A stretch of 60,000 nucleotides of DNA from Lytechinus pictus (GCF_037042905.1 NC_087245.1:21950001-22010000), one strand, 5' to 3'. Positions 22,528 through 36,499 are shown, counted from the first letter of the stretch. The notes: generated by a model not told the origin, from the letters alone. Numbers and translations: made by a program.

Positions 22528-24526
22528 GGGCCCATTTCATAAAGGTACAGCGTCAGCGTCAAGTCCCAAAACAGCGTCAAATTTTCACTTGCAGCGTCAA
22601 ATTTAATATTTTACGCTGCAGCGCATTTCATAAAAAGTTGACGCTCCAGTGGGAGCGTCAACTTTTTACTGGAGCGTCAAGTATGGTTACTGGAGCGTCA
22701 AATAGGGTTAAATATTTGACGCTGGTCATGGGGGAGCGTCAAGTTGACACTGTAAAAGGTTTTTCATTGTGAAGAATGGCATACGTTGTGCTCAGGCATG
22801 CCCAAAGGGCTCTTACAAGAGAACGGATATCTAGAGCAATGTCTATGATAATAATGCTAATGAAGAATATATTAAGGTAATGCTTTCTAGTAGAAATGCC
22901 GTTTCTTTTTTTTTGTTCTACCTATCCCCCCAAAAAAAAAAATGTTAAAAAATTCCTCCGAAACAGCAAATTTTTCAGTCTTTCCCAGGGCAGGCAAAGG
23001 GAAAAAAAGGGAGGTTATAGACAGACTTTAAAAAAAAAAAAAAATGGAGAGGATTTTTTTTCTTGTGGGAAAAAATAGAGGAAGGTAGATCTATTATGTG
23101 GAAGTGTTTAATTCAAGGCCTAAATTAAAAAAGCCCTAGGCCATAAAAAAGGTTACACTTCGGAATTCCGAAGGTTCTTTATTCCGAAGGTCCGTAATTC
23201 CGAAACACGTAAATTGCCTATACCTCGACGTTCGTTAATCTGAAAACGTAAAAGGGTTCGTTAATCCGAACATTTGTGGCGTTATTTCGAAGGTTCGACA
23301 ATCCGAAAACGAAGTAAGGTTTGATGTTCCGAAGGTTCGTTAATCCAAGAACGAAATAAGGTTCGTTGTTCCGAAGGTTCGTCAATCCAAAAACGAAAAT
23401 AAAGTTTGTTAGTCCGAAAACGAAATAACGTTCGTTAATCATTTCATTTTCAGACTAACGAACCTTCGGAATTACGAACCTCACTTCGTTTTCGGACCAA
23501 CGAACCTTCGGAATAATGAAGCTTCGGAATTACGAATGTATGCGATAAAAAAATGATTGCTTTTTTTTTTCTGTTTCTGACTTTCTCAAAAAAAAAAGTT
23601 GTGGCCATGGCATTGTTGAATCCATTTACTGAATGGTTATTCACCGTTGAAACCGATAACTTAAAAATCATTTCCATTTTGAACAAAAATAATCTTTTAA
23701 GGTCATTTTCGATGTTTCATGCATAATTAGAGCCTACAAATTTACTTGCTTCAGGGTGATTTTTAACAGCACTGCACCAGCAGTGGCCTGCGCCTGCCTT
23801 GTTGTTGATACAACCTTGCATTACCGACACAAATAGTCAAGTGTGGGACTGGGATTAAACTTGTACGGTAGAAACTTTGTTGAAGGTGAAATTTCGACCG
23901 GCAATAATGATGCCTTTTCACTTTTTTCAAAATAATTTTTTCCATGGCATAGGGCTAAAATATATCAATTCTCTGAAAACTTACACAATGGAGAATAATG
24001 CTATGCCATCCTAGGAAAAATTAGTATTTTCTTCTTACTCTCTTCTAGAATTGCAAGCCAGGCATCACCATAGAGCCATCACTCTGTATCAACGGCTAGT
24101 CTTATGCTGCAGACCCTGTTTGCAGCTGCTAAATAACAATTTCGCTCCCAAAAAAATTTACAAGCAAAAAAAAATATATATTCTCCTTCAATTTTGTTTC
24201 TTCTAATCTTGCTTCTCAAAGGTGGGGGGCCACAGGCCGGCTGTGCCCCCCCCCCCCCAGATCCGCCAGTACTTTCTACCTAAACTTATGACTTGAATTG
24301 AAAACAAAAAACTGGAGAGAAAGGGGATTTCCCCCTAATCAGCCTCGTACATGACTATTCAAATAATTCGCTGGAAAGTCAAGCTGACTTTCCAGCGAAT
24401 GTGCTTTTATGAAATGCAAAGTTGCTATCATAGCAAGTTGCTAGCATAGCAAGTAAAAGCTGCTATTCTACCAGAGTTGCTATCATAGCAACTTGCTATG
24501 ATAGCAACTCTTTATGAAATAGGCCC
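22528..24526. mobile_element. PIF/Harbinger-like non-autonomous element
   Basis: gggcccatttcataaag / ctttatgaaataggccc; flanks cag / cgg; inner gcatttcataaaa mirrored by ttttatgaaatgc. Confidence 0.55.
23152..23545. mobile_element. MITE built of ttccgaaggttcg repeats
   Basis: Repeats switch orientation near 23445 (cgaaccttcggaa). Confidence 0.75.
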
Positions 24527-25559
24527 CGGATCTGCGCATAGTTTACACTCTGCGCGCTGACGTCACAATGGATGAACAGGTGATTAATTAGCTGCGGGTA
24601 TGAGCTGATTTTTCTCATCTTCTGCACTTTAACTGCAGATCCGATGTGTTATTTCATGAAGCTATAAAGTGGAATTATTCCATGGACCATTCAAAAAAAC
24701 ATTCTCTACAATTTCAAAATACTTTACTCTGCAGTGCTGCCAAGAATCACGAATATTACCCCGAGTTTGAATGAATGGTAGAGTGGTTTTGATTTTTTTC
24801 TTCACATAGATACAAAGCATTCGGCGCATTTTTGGTGTTTTAAAAAGCACATTTGCTCTAATAAAAATGCTGATAGTTTAAAAACAAGCACATGAACCCC
24901 TATTTTTTAATGTTTGTACCGCTTAGGTATACCTTCCTCTACAACTCTGCAAATTTTGGTGAAAATGACATGGATTTTGAATAAAGTGCAGCATTTATTG
25001 TACGTTTGTAGTTTGTAACTGAAATTTCACATTTTTTAGATTGGGATTTTGTTGTCTTTTACGCAATTTTTAAGAAATGGCAGTGCTGTTAAACTTAAAA
25101 TTGCAAACAAATAGCACTATAAATATATTCTCCATTCTAACGATACAATTATTAACTCTCTTGCGAAATTTTATGACTTTTTCATGTATTTTGACTGAGT
25201 AATATAGGTTTAAACTCATTGTAGTAATCTTGGGTGGTCTAAAAATGCCAAATTCTTTTGAATGCGCAATTTTTAAGAACATCAATTTGGGTATACTTTG
25301 AAGCTCTATAGCAAAAAATCAAGCACATGGACCTATGTTAATTTTTGCATATTTCGAATATTAAGGTTCTAAAGTATCAATGTGGAAAGTTTGGTGAAAA
25401 TGACATGGATTTCACTTTAACTGTGGAACGTCCTTAAACGCAAGTCCCGAACACGGGTGCTTTATTGGCTGAAAATCAAGTTGCGCAAGATTTTTTGAGT
25501 TGCGTTTGATCGCAACTCTTTCTGCAACGGGCCCCAAATATCACAAGTGCATCATATGG

Positions 25560-26035
25560 TACATCCTGCAAGATCTTTCAAGTAATGATCCATGAAGCTG
25601 CAGGATCCCAGCCAAAACACCTGCAATCGGAACTGACTGGTCAAAATCAACTTCTGCGAGAGCTTTCAAGTCATGATAGATCCCGGAGCAGCAGGATCCA
25701 GGCCAACAAGCCTGGAAACAGAACTGATGGTCGGTCGAAATCAACTCTTGGGAGATCTTTCACGTGATGATAAATCCTGAAGCTGAAGGATTGATCCAGG
25801 TCAAAACACCTACAAATGAACGGACAGGTCCAAATCAACTTCTGCAGGGTCGAGTCATGATAGATCAATCATATAGCTACAGGATCCGGCCAACATGCCT
25901 AGAAACGGAACTGATCGGTCAAAATCAACTCTAGCATGCAGGATCTTTCACGTCATGATAGATCACAGAGCTGCAGGATTGATCCAAGTCAAAACACCTG
26001 GAGACGGAATTGACAGGTCAAAATCAACTCCTGCA
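25560..26035. repeat. Degenerate tandem array, ~90-95-bp unit, about 5 copies
   Basis: Recurrent gctgcaggat...aaaacacctg...ggtcaaaatcaact. Confidence 0.8.
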
Positions 26036-28479
26036 CATGGCATTAGGTCCGGAAACGGTATGGAAAGCTAATATGATCTTCATTGCAGGCTTCGAAAGGG
26101 AGGGGATAAACCAAGGCATAGTGTGTTGGCTTTCAAGAGAACGACTACTGTTAGCTAGAGATAAAGTGGTATCCAAGCACTCATTTGAAAATTACTTTCT
26201 GGCGGGATTTTGATGTTTGAAATAATTTCTTATTTGACTCGATCAATTCTTGGCGGTCATTTTTTCATCGCTCCAAGATCAGAGATATTCAACTTGTAAG
26301 CACCCATGGCATCCTAGTGAGCTCTTGTAACTGTTCTTCTAACTGTTCTTCTCTTGTTAAATGTTGGTTTTGTGGAATTCTTTCCAAGGGCATTTGTAGG
26401 TGTTATACAGGGTCTTAAAGGAGATTCATAGGGCAAATACATAGCCACAAATTTCCAGAATGTCAACGGTGTCTAGACTTTTAATTCTCGATGATACAAA
26501 TTCGATCAATTCTACCTCCATAGTCAATCACTCAGATAAGTAATCATGAGCTCTATTATCATTCATTGATAAATGGGTAACTAAATTATATGGTACCCTT
26601 TGCGATGAAAGACACCAAATAATTTACATCGATGGTCGATCTTTTACATGGAGAAAAATTGGTGTTAAGGTGAGTTTTTTTAACATGCAGCAAGCATTAC
26701 TATACCAATAATATGGAACCCATAGACATCGTCTTTGGAAATATGAACCATACCATGAGGTAGTTTAATTTGTGCAAGATTTTACGTTTTTAAGCATCTA
26801 TCAATAATCTTACCGTAAGACCTTTAACCATTGGTTGCTACAGAAAACATGTTACATCATCTGGTATTTCGCATGGGCGTGTTTACATGGTATGATTGTT
26901 CCTGGGTTGTTGTGATTAATGTATTTAATGCTTTAATAGAAAAGATATGGTTCATATAAATTATGATCATGAAAAAAATACCCTATAAGAATTGGTTACT
27001 GTGGAAAAAATGTTGCATAGCAAACGTTGCTATGGTGCTTATTAGGTCTACCTAAGGAAAAATTCATCACATGAGGAATCTATGGGCCAGATTTAATTTC
27101 TGAGCTATTCTGAGTAAAACATGTTGATCATATTCATCTGAACAATGATAAACAATTTGTTGCTATGGAAAATGGTCCCTTAGCAGCCGTTGCTGTGAAT
27201 AAATGGATCAAAACTGTTGTGATACAAAGGAACATGCTTTAGGTTAAAATTCATGCAACACATCGCTCATGAAAATGTTACTTAAGCCCAATAAAGCTCA
27301 GTTACTAAGGTAAATATCTTACCTAGCAACCGTTGCTATGTTTGGCAAATTTACGTTGGCACCCCCTGCCAAAAGTGATTAGAATAACTTACTCTACCTC
27401 TGTGCCAATTTTCATGCTTTTACCATTTTCTGAACATTTTTTTCACCAATCACCTAGACTATAATGGTGTATCACTAAAGAATATGCTTAAGTTTCAGGT
27501 CACATGATGAAATTCAATGGTCATTTCGGGTCAACGAACTTTGGCCATGTTGGGAGTATTTGTGGAAATGTCATAACTTCGAAATTTTATGGATCTAATT
27601 CATGAAACTTAGGCATTAGAGCAATCAAGTATCCCTAAACATCGTGTGTGAGTTTCAGGTCACATGACCAAGGGTCATTTAGGGTCAACGAACTTTGGCC
27701 ATCTTTGGCCATCTTTTGAATTTGCGTCATAAATTGGATCAAGTTCATAAAAAATAGACATAAGGTTATCAAGTATAAAAGATTGTTTTGCACAAGTCTT
27801 ATAGGTCACATGGTCAAGGTCAAATGTCAGTTTGGGTCAATGTAAATAGTATTTTATTATTATATGAATGTTTTCTTTTGTGAATAATTATTCAATAGTT
27901 GTTTTCAAAGCCAGCACTGCTGCTATATCGAACCGCGTAATGCAGACGAGATTTCCAGAAGCGTTCCACTTGTTGTAATTAAAATGTCAAGATTTTTGCT
28001 CGCTCATTTCGCTCGCTTGCAACTTTGTACCAATTTTACGCGATATGCCATATCAAGCCCCCCTCAAAATTCTTGGTTAATTGCGCCACTGGATATCACC
28101 TATAAACATTATGAAATTACCGTGCGACACTTGCGTATCATAAATGATGGGACCCCCCCACACACACACACACCTACCCATCCATTTTCAAAAATTTCAT
28201 TGTCTTTTAAATTGTCAGTTTTGTAACTTATTTATCAATTTTACTTAGTTTGATTTTAGTCACATGTTTTTGAGGTTCCTTTATTTCTATGATATTCTTT
28301 GTCTTTTAAACTGTCTTTTGGTTTTAATCTAGGTTTTTAATTTTTGTTTCAATTCATTTAATGTGATAGCATTGATATGTCATGTATTTTTGACTGTGTA
28401 CTGTATTTTACTTTATATTAATTGTATTTCATTCATTTCGTAAATATCTCTATGTCTACAGGGCTCTTTTGTAAAGCAG

Positions 28480-30216
28480 GGGCGGTATTCTGAGGTCATT
28501 TTATCTTTAAAATATTTTATTTTATCTCTTAAAATGAAATTGGAATTCTGAGATGACATTTTATCTCTCAGATTAAATTTACAATTTTATCTTGCGTATA
28601 AATTTTTTCTTGCGTATCTATGATGATACGCAACAGAGCAGTGGCTGCGTAGACATACCCATCGCGTATCTGGCCATTGCAACGCGGGTGATGTGCTTGC
28701 GCCCAAGTTACTTTGAAGAAAAAATAAAATAAACTTAAAAGAGGGTAGGGGCTATTTTATCTCCGCGACGTTGATTTCGTCAATATTTTTAAGTGAATTA
28801 ACTCCAAATGTTGGCATGAAAATTAAGAAAAATGATATATTCATTGAGAACAACACCTTAAAGTTATTCCTGTACAATCAGGAAGCATTTCATAAGACTT
28901 TTCTTGACTAATATTGTCTTTGAAATGATGCTTGAAAAGATGCGATATAGACTTCGAAAAAAAAGATGAGAGTATTGCCATTTTTGTTAAAAAGAAATCT
29001 CTGTAAAGACGCGCAAGCGTATAGTGCAAGCGTATTGAAGTCAATAATACCGTGTTTACACTTATACCGTGTTTACACTTAATCGGCATTTGAATCGGCT
29101 CGCGGTTCTGAACCGCGAGCCGATTCAGCATCGGCTTTTTCATAGCGTGTAAACGCGAGTAACTTGAATCGGCTCGCGGTTCAGAACCGGCAATTTGCAC
29201 CACCAAAGTACTAGGTTCTGAACCGCGAGCCGATGCAGAATCGGCTTTTTTACTACGTGTAAACAGAAAGCCGATTCTGCACCGGCAATTTGTGCGCATT
29301 TCAATTACTTTACCATTGTGACGTAATTGTAAGCGCACTGATCCAGCGTTGTCTTTATTATGACGTATATTGTAGGTATGCGTATCATTTCAGGTTTTTG
29401 CATCGGCTCGCGGTTCTGAACCGCGAGCTGTAACAACGTGTAAACGCAATCCAAATGCCGATTCTGAATCGGCATTTGGTTCAGAACCAAATGCCGATTA
29501 AGTGTAAACACGGTATTAATCGGCATTTGAATCGGCTCGCGGTTCTGAACCGCGAGCCGATTCAGCATCGGCTTTTTCATAGCGTGTAAACGCGAGCAAC
29601 TTGAATCGGCTCGCGGTTCAGAACCGGCAATTTGCACCACCAAAGTAGTAGGTTCTGAACCGCGAGCCGATGCAGAATCGGCTTTTTTACTACGTGTAAA
29701 CAGAAAGCCGATTCTGCACCGGCAATTTGTGCGCATTTCAATTACTTTACCATTGTGACGTAATTGTAAGCGCACTGATCCAGCGTCGTCTTTATTATGA
29801 CGTATATTGTAGGTATGCGTATCATTTCAGGTTTTTGCATCGGCTCGCGGTTCTGAACCGCGAGCTGTAACAACGTGTAAACGCAATCCAAATGCCAATT
29901 CTGCATCGGCATTTGGTTCAGAACCAATTGCCGATTAAGTGTAAACACGGTATAAATTGACGCAATCTCACCTCTTCGCCACACCTCCTAGCGGAATGGA
30001 TTTCCATTGGTTGAGTGATATGAGAGAGCTATAAAAGCGTGTTTCTTATTGGATATTGATTACAAAATAGGTGTGTCTTACAGAGATAAAATGAAGATAA
30101 AATTGTTCTCAGAATACCAATTCGGAGAGATTTTAAGGGTATTTTATCTCACTGATTTTAACGGAGATAATATATTTTATTTTATCTGAGATAAAATGGA
30201 TCTCAGAATACCACCC
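28480..30216. mobile_element. Harbinger-like MITE (TSD CAG) inserted in a LINE/SINE-type 3' stem-loop tail
   Basis: gggcggtattctgag / ctcagaataccaccc; CAG on both sides; flanks rejoin as acagggctctttt...aaaaggactaccctgt followed by aataaa repeats. Confidence 0.82.
29048..29952. mobile_element. Harbinger-like MITE (TSD TAA) containing a second copy of itself (29065-29515, TSD TTA)
   Basis: TIR taccgtgtttacacttaatcggc / gccgattaagtgtaaacacggta; both TSDs exact. Confidence 0.88.
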
Positions 30217-30604
30217 CAGGCCTTTGGGCTCTAAAAGGACTACCCTGTTTTTAAATAAAATTGAATAAATAAATAAATTAAATAAACTTTTGGCAGTTCG
30301 AGATACATGCATATCAAGTCAATAGTAGTCTCACCTGTGCAATGCATAAGCACTACTTTCCGACAGCAAAGGTCCAAATACACAAGTGGTGGAAATTGTC
30401 TATAAAAACGATTATTTAATTGTATAAGGACTTACTCCTTGCTGTTGGTTTCTAACGGCAAGTCGCAAAACCTAAGTTTACATGACACTTTCTTTTAAGC
30501 AAAATGCTTAAAACAGTCCCTCTTCTGTGCGTGTAATGATATCTAAAACTTGTTTAATTGTTGTTATATGTGTTTTGAAAATTCTAAAAATTTTATGTAT
30601 ATTC

Positions 30605-30635
<31 letters not shown>

Positions 30636-30638
<3 letters not shown>

Positions 30639-30804
30639 CCGGCAGAGACATTTTTTCGGCATCACCAATTTTTCCAAAGGGTAGATATAGCTCTGGGGAA
30701 CCTTGATTTAAGCTACGCCTACCATTGTTCTCTTCATCAATTTCTTTACAATATTTAAATAAAAGAGTTGCCAAAGCTGTTGTACATGTATAACTTTACA
30801 CATT

Positions 30805-30875
<71 letters not shown>

Positions 30876-30920
30876 ATATAAATATGAGAAATTATACACG
30901 TACAGCTTTGGAAACTCTTA
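30636..30920 (+). mobile_element. Second locus of the (TA)n-associated tRNA-containing repeat (truncated), with a short inverted piece
   Basis: ttcccggcagagacattttttcggc...ccaaagctgttgtaca matches 4077-4250; embedded in (TA)n; inverted tacagctttgg near 30900. Confidence 0.85.
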
Positions 30921-31402
30921 TATATATATTTATATATATACTGTATATATAAAGCAATTTCAATGAAGAAAAATGACAATGTACCTATCAGTAATATTAT
31001 ACAGGAATAGGACTCCTTGTACATTATTGTGATGCAGAAAATATAAATTAATAAATAAAAAAGCGTGATGTGATGTTTCTTTCTTTCAAATAGCAGATTA
31101 CCTCAGTTGACAGGTCAGAGCTTAAGAAAATTCCCAAAAGGTACTTGAAAAATACCTAAATGGACACAAAATCCGCAAATCTTATAAATCACAATAACTT
31201 CAGAAAAGCTAATTTTTATTGCCCAATACTAGTTCATGTTTGTATGTACATCCTTGTCTGTTCAAATCCTCAATGCTGCACCCAGTAGATAAGCTCCCTG
31301 ATGGCAGACAAGCGAATGAAATTCACTTGGGGAAACCCTACACTCACCCATTTCATTTGGGATACACCATAGTTCAGTCCTCCTCTTTTCACCTTCTCTT
31401 AA

Positions 31403-31966
31403 AGGGATGGTCCGGGCTGAAAGTATTTATAGCTTAATAAATAGAGTAGAATTTACTGAGCAAAATGCCGAAAATTTCATCAAAATCGGATAACAAATAA
31501 CAAAGTTATTGAATTTTAAATTTTAGCAATATTTTGTGATAACAGTCGTCATGAATATTCATTAGGTGGGCTGATGATGTCACATCCCCACTTGTTCTTT
31601 TGTATTTTATTATATGAAATTAGGTTTATTCAAATTATTTCCTCCAAGAACTAGAAAAATTGGATTGACAACTGATTTAGAGCATTATATATTAATTGCT
31701 GCAACTTATTTCATTATAAGGGAGAAGTATTATTCACACAAGTATGAAATAATGAAAAAATTATGATTTTATGTAATAACATGAGAAACCGGTAAGTGGA
31801 GATTTGACATCATCAGCCCACCTAATGAATATTCATGACGACTGTTTTCACAAAATATCGCTAAATTTTAAACTGCAGTAGCTTTATTATTTGTTATCCG
31901 ATTTTGATGAAATTTTCGGCATTTTGTTCAGTGAATTCGACTCTATGTATTAAGCTATAAATCCCT
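31403..31966. mobile_element. Kolobok-like MITE (TTAA TSD, long TIRs)
   Basis: ttaa|agggat ... atccct|ttaa; TIR ~180 bp including aaatttcatcaaaatcggataacaaat; relatives at 34680-35170 and 43655-44178. Confidence 0.8.
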
Positions 31967-34679
31967 TTAAGATAAGGTGAAAATAGAAGGACTTGTGCAT
32001 TGGGTGTATACCATATGCCAGGGATCCGGTCAATGGAACTTCTCAATCAGGCCCGCGAGGCTCAGCTGTTATTTGTCTTTTCAAATCACTTTTTTGTCAC
32101 AGTATGATATTGTGCCCATGCAACCATGATAAAAGTAATGACAGTCAAATTATCTGAAGTTTTACTTTTGAACATAGTTCAGTGAAGTTTCAATTAAGTT
32201 TTTGTATGTTTAGTTCGTTAGAAAGATTAATCGCATAGATACTATCCTGACAGCTGGGTCTGCATACATGCAAAAGTGCAGTTTTACAGTGAACATTTTC
32301 AAGAACTCATACCGGAGCACATTGGCTAAGTCAATGCAAGTTATTTAAACTACATTACATTATTTGTGTCCTTAGTTCCAAATATTTTGCTTTCAAAACT
32401 AACATATAGGTATAATTATGATCAAAACATCCTTTAAAAATACAATTTTCTCTGATTATTATTACTGACTCTCCCAGCATTTTGACAATTTTGTCTTATA
32501 TTGCCTGTGTTTCATATGTATATTTGTTGGATAAAATGATTCTAAAATAAGGGCCAGATTGCACGAGGGGCATCTAGAACCAAGAACTTCAAGCGGGCCC
32601 TGGATCCCGGCCTCAAGGGAATCCGTGCTCATGATGTCCACTCCGCGCAACTTGTTTATTTTTGGAGGTCTCCAACACTTGCGTAAATGGGGGGTGGGGG
32701 GCGCTTGGGGCCATAGCCCCTTAAAATTACACGTCCAAGAAAAAAAGACATGAAATGATTTCAAAGGGGGGGAGTGAATTATGCCATTGAACAATATGTC
32801 AAAGTCTATCCCAAATTATGTTATGTATTCAAAAGGTCAAAATTTTTACTTTTACGTCTGCCACATCTGGTCCCCTCAATTTTGGGGGCCCATTTCGCAA
32901 CTGGTTTTTAGTTCACTCTGGCCATTTCAGATTTTATTATCATTGGAGTCCTTTCCGGCACATTTGAGAACCCCTGTCATATGCAATGGGTGAGTGTAGG
33001 GTTTTCCGATCAAATAACTACCAACATTAGACGGGTACCGGTAATTTGAGGGTGCTGATTCATTCATGACATGCAACGCGAGCGGCCACGCGCGTACTCT
33101 TATTTCGAAGACGCAGCCGCAAGTCATGAATATTCATATTGAGGACCGGAACTACTGTGGGAAAAATAATTTCGCGGGCCGGCCCGGGGCCACCGATTTT
33201 CTAGAATGATGTAACAGGGGTCTAGATGACCGTGGCAAAAGTTACCTTATGTCTTCCAAGTCGTTCCATTGCTGACTGGTACTGCAGATTGTGACCTTTC
33301 TCCTGTATCGATCTGGAGATCATGGAATCATCAGAGCTCCCTAGATACGACCATAGCTGGGTCACATATGGATTAGTCGCTAAAAGAAGTCCTGCATTAA
33401 ATTCAGAGGAATAATTATATTCGTTGTAAGGACTAAAGATCAAATATACTTTTTTAATACATTTCTCTCTAAGCTGCCCCGGTTCTTTCCCCCTTCTTAC
33501 CCCTCTTTCTTTATCTCTTTAACTCCCCCCCCCCTCTCTCTCTCTCTCTCTCCTCCCACTCACTCTCGCCATTTCTCCGCTATTGCTTTCAATTTCAGGT
33601 CAAAGTAATTCTGTAAAATCATAAACATAATGTCTGCATAATTGCGAGAAATTGGAAATTTGATAAAGAAAATTCATTGATAACTACAAAATTATATTTT
33701 CTAACTGATAATGTCGGTTGTGGTGTAAGTATATCTTTCTCCATTTATGATCTGTATGTATACTATTGATCACAGGGATAATTATGTAGGCCCGTACAAA
33801 TTAATGTTTGACCAGATTAAACGAGCGTGAAATTAGTCAATATTATATTCTTCATCTGAACAATAGACGATCTGGGAATCAACAGCTAACTTCCGATGAC
33901 AGCTGTAACCAACATCCTCACTAAAAATAAATCTCGAGCCGGCCAATCAAATTCGTGACACCCCCCCCCCCTCCCCCCCCCCCAAAGTGAATTTTATTGG
34001 CTTCTAATTCTCTATATCATAATTATCGTTGGTGAAAGACTATGATGGGGAAACTATCATTTCCGAGGCGATATAGATGTTGCCATCTTACCGAAGAAGA
34101 GCTGAGGGAATATTGCTTACATACATGTATATACATTTGTATCGCAAAGGAAGTGTGTCTCATTCACTGGCACCAAAAGGTGATTATTTGCTAAAGTAAT
34201 ATCAGAAACGAAAAAGAAAGCGTTTTTTCTCTATGAAAGTTAGAATGATATCAACATCTGAAACTATATAAGTGAATTCAGGCAACGTCAATGTGTTTTC
34301 TTTGGTGTGTGCACTTGTTTGACTTTACCATGCATGGTCAAAGTAATAAGTCCATAATTCTATTGAGCACATACACAGTGGCTGATCCAAGGGGGTGGCA
34401 CATTCGGCCCGTGCCCCCCCCCCCCCCCCACCCCTTGAAACTTTTATTTTAAAAAAGAGGGAAAGGGAGAGGGAATATAGGAATGAGAAATAAGAGAGAA
34501 AGCGAAGGAAAAGAAGGAAGAGGGAGAAAAAGGAAAGGGAAATAGGGAGAACGTGCAGGAAAAGTGCATTAGGTATTACCTCTGTATAATTATATTGTAT
34601 ATCTCTGAAGTGAATGCAGAAATCAAATCAAATCAAATCAAATTAAATTTGATCAAAAGCGGACAAGGAATGACAAAGT

Positions 34680-35170
34680 TATGGCATTTTAAAGATTTGC
34701 ATGAAACAGTTCTCGGCACGTCTTCATGCATATTCGATGAGCAGACTGATGATGTCATATCCCCACTTGTTCTTTTGAATTTTATTATATGAAATATGTT
34801 TATTAATTTTTTTTCCTTCAAGAACCATATATATTGGAATAACAACTGATTGGGTGCATTATATATTTATTGCTGCAACTTAGTTCATTACAAGGGAGAC
34901 ATATCATTCACAAAATTGTATGAAAAAAGATGAAACAATTATGATTTCATGTAATAACATAAGGAATGGAAAGTAAGGATGTGACATCATCAGCTAGGGT
35001 ACACCTAATGATATTCATGACGACGTAACTGTTTTCACAATATATTGCTAAATTTTAAAATTCGATAACTTCGATATTTGTTATCAGATTTTGATGAAAT
35101 TTTCAGCATTTTGCTCTATGAATTTTACTCTATTTATTTAGATATAATATTTTCAGCCTGTTGCATCCCC
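34680..35170. mobile_element. Kolobok-like MITE relative, left-truncated
   Basis: Homologous to 31403-31966; ends atcccc|ttaa. Confidence 0.7.
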
Positions 35171-36159
35171 TTAATGTTGCGCAGTGGTGTTTACGGTTGT
35201 TTCCATAAGAGATGCAAAATTATCAATGTCGGCAATCTATCAAAACTCTAGCTCAGGCGATTTTGAAACTATAATTTCGCGTTCGACTTAGGTTTATGAC
35301 GGATCGTTGAATTAATCTGAGATGACCTTACTTTTCGGGGTGCTTATCAAATTTTCCAGCCCCTTGTCCCCTCTACCTTTGGGGAGAGATTCCCGCCCTT
35401 GCGACACATACATGTACCTTTCACTGAGAGGCTCTTGTCGGAAGGTAGTGGAACGATCGTGGCAGCATCTTGACTCTGGACAACGACATATTTGCAATTG
35501 TTCGTCCGGTGCAAATCTTCGGATGATCTGCTGTCCCAGTCCAACAACTTACTTTCTACAAAAGCCTCTCAGCTCTCGATTGTTATTTTAATTGCATTTT
35601 CAAAAGAATCGTTGTGCTGTAGAGTTACCCCGGAGTTATACCCCGTAGTGAAAACTACATATTATCCCGTAGAGTGAAATTATAAAACTTTGCCTTCGTA
35701 CAGGATACTCCTTCAATTTCAATTTATTATTATTTCAACCAATAAAAAGCAAATGATTTCATTGATATAAAAGCCAGTACAGTATTACTAGGTAAGCTGG
35801 TAATGACTTACCTATGAATGCCGTAAGCAAAGTCCTTTGTGAGACAAGGGAGTGGAGAATGTAAGCTAAGCGGAGAAATAAATGCATGATCATTGTAGTC
35901 GTGGAAACTAAATTAATAGAGAAGTTTGTTCGATCAGGTACAGGTTACAAACTATGTTTGTTTATAGAAAGAGGCAGCAAAAGTTAAATGATGACCGCTA
36001 TAGTACTGCAGTACTGAGCATTCTATATGATCTTCGTCCTGGCCTGGGGAATTCCAACGTCGGAGCTGGAGAGGAAATTTCGACAGATGGGATCGTCACT
36101 CAGTACTGTGGCTGCAATGTCTGGCGGGAGTTCCCCTATCGTCATATTTGGCGGCAATA

Positions 36160-36499
36160 CAGTGCGTCCCACAAAAAATGAAAACCGTTTTCAGAGATAG
36201 ATTTCACAATTATCAAATATTTAGTGAATTCGATACTTATGGTAAGAGTGGAATGTCATATTTAATTTGAGACCAACAGCTTAGCAAATCATTCACATAT
36301 GGCAGCCTACAAACAATAAATATTGAGGCCTATCAGAAACGATTTGCGCAGAATCTCACGTGTTAATCTGAATCCACTCTCATTTCAGAAAGTCAAACTT
36401 AACAAAGCATAGAAAAGATATGCGAATGAGCCAATCCTTAAATATGCACGGTTGTCGTATTGCGAACCTATCTTGTCTATTTTTTTCTGAGACGCACTG
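36160..36499. mobile_element. Tc1/mariner-type MITE
   Basis: TA|cagtgcgtcccacaaaaaa ... tttttctgagacgcactg|TA. Confidence 0.82.

Larger units (their letters stand above)
21269..27461. mobile_element. Academ-like non-autonomous DNA transposon (TAG...CTA, 3-bp TSD TAA)
   Basis: TIR tagtctagatgatcggtgcaaaaaa / ttttttcaccaatcacctagacta extends >100 bp imperfectly; tagcaac/gttgcta subterminal motifs; TAA at 21266-21268 and 27462-27464. Confidence 0.75.
20631..27975 (+). mobile_element. Helentron-associated element (HINE/DINE-like), split by an Academ-like insertion
   Basis: Same 5' (ttttgtctc...aggcgccgcttttccg), ~170-180-bp core repeats and 3' end (tgctgctatat...gcgtaatgcag...ttccacttgtt) as the intact copy at 55612-56607. 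Confidence 0.75.
20501..28091. mobile_element. hAT-like non-autonomous element, outer shell of a nest
   Basis: Ends cactggcgta / ttgcgccactg; 8-bp flanks gatatcat / gatatcac. Confidence 0.65.

Noticed and set aside
26100..26950. Remnant transposase within the Academ-like element
   Set aside because: No sustained frame or recognisable motif by eye; would need a translated search
28841..29984. Repeated minus-strand ORFs of 165, 156 and 80 aa
   Set aside because: Chance frames through a palindromic MITE and its self-insertion; no protein motifs
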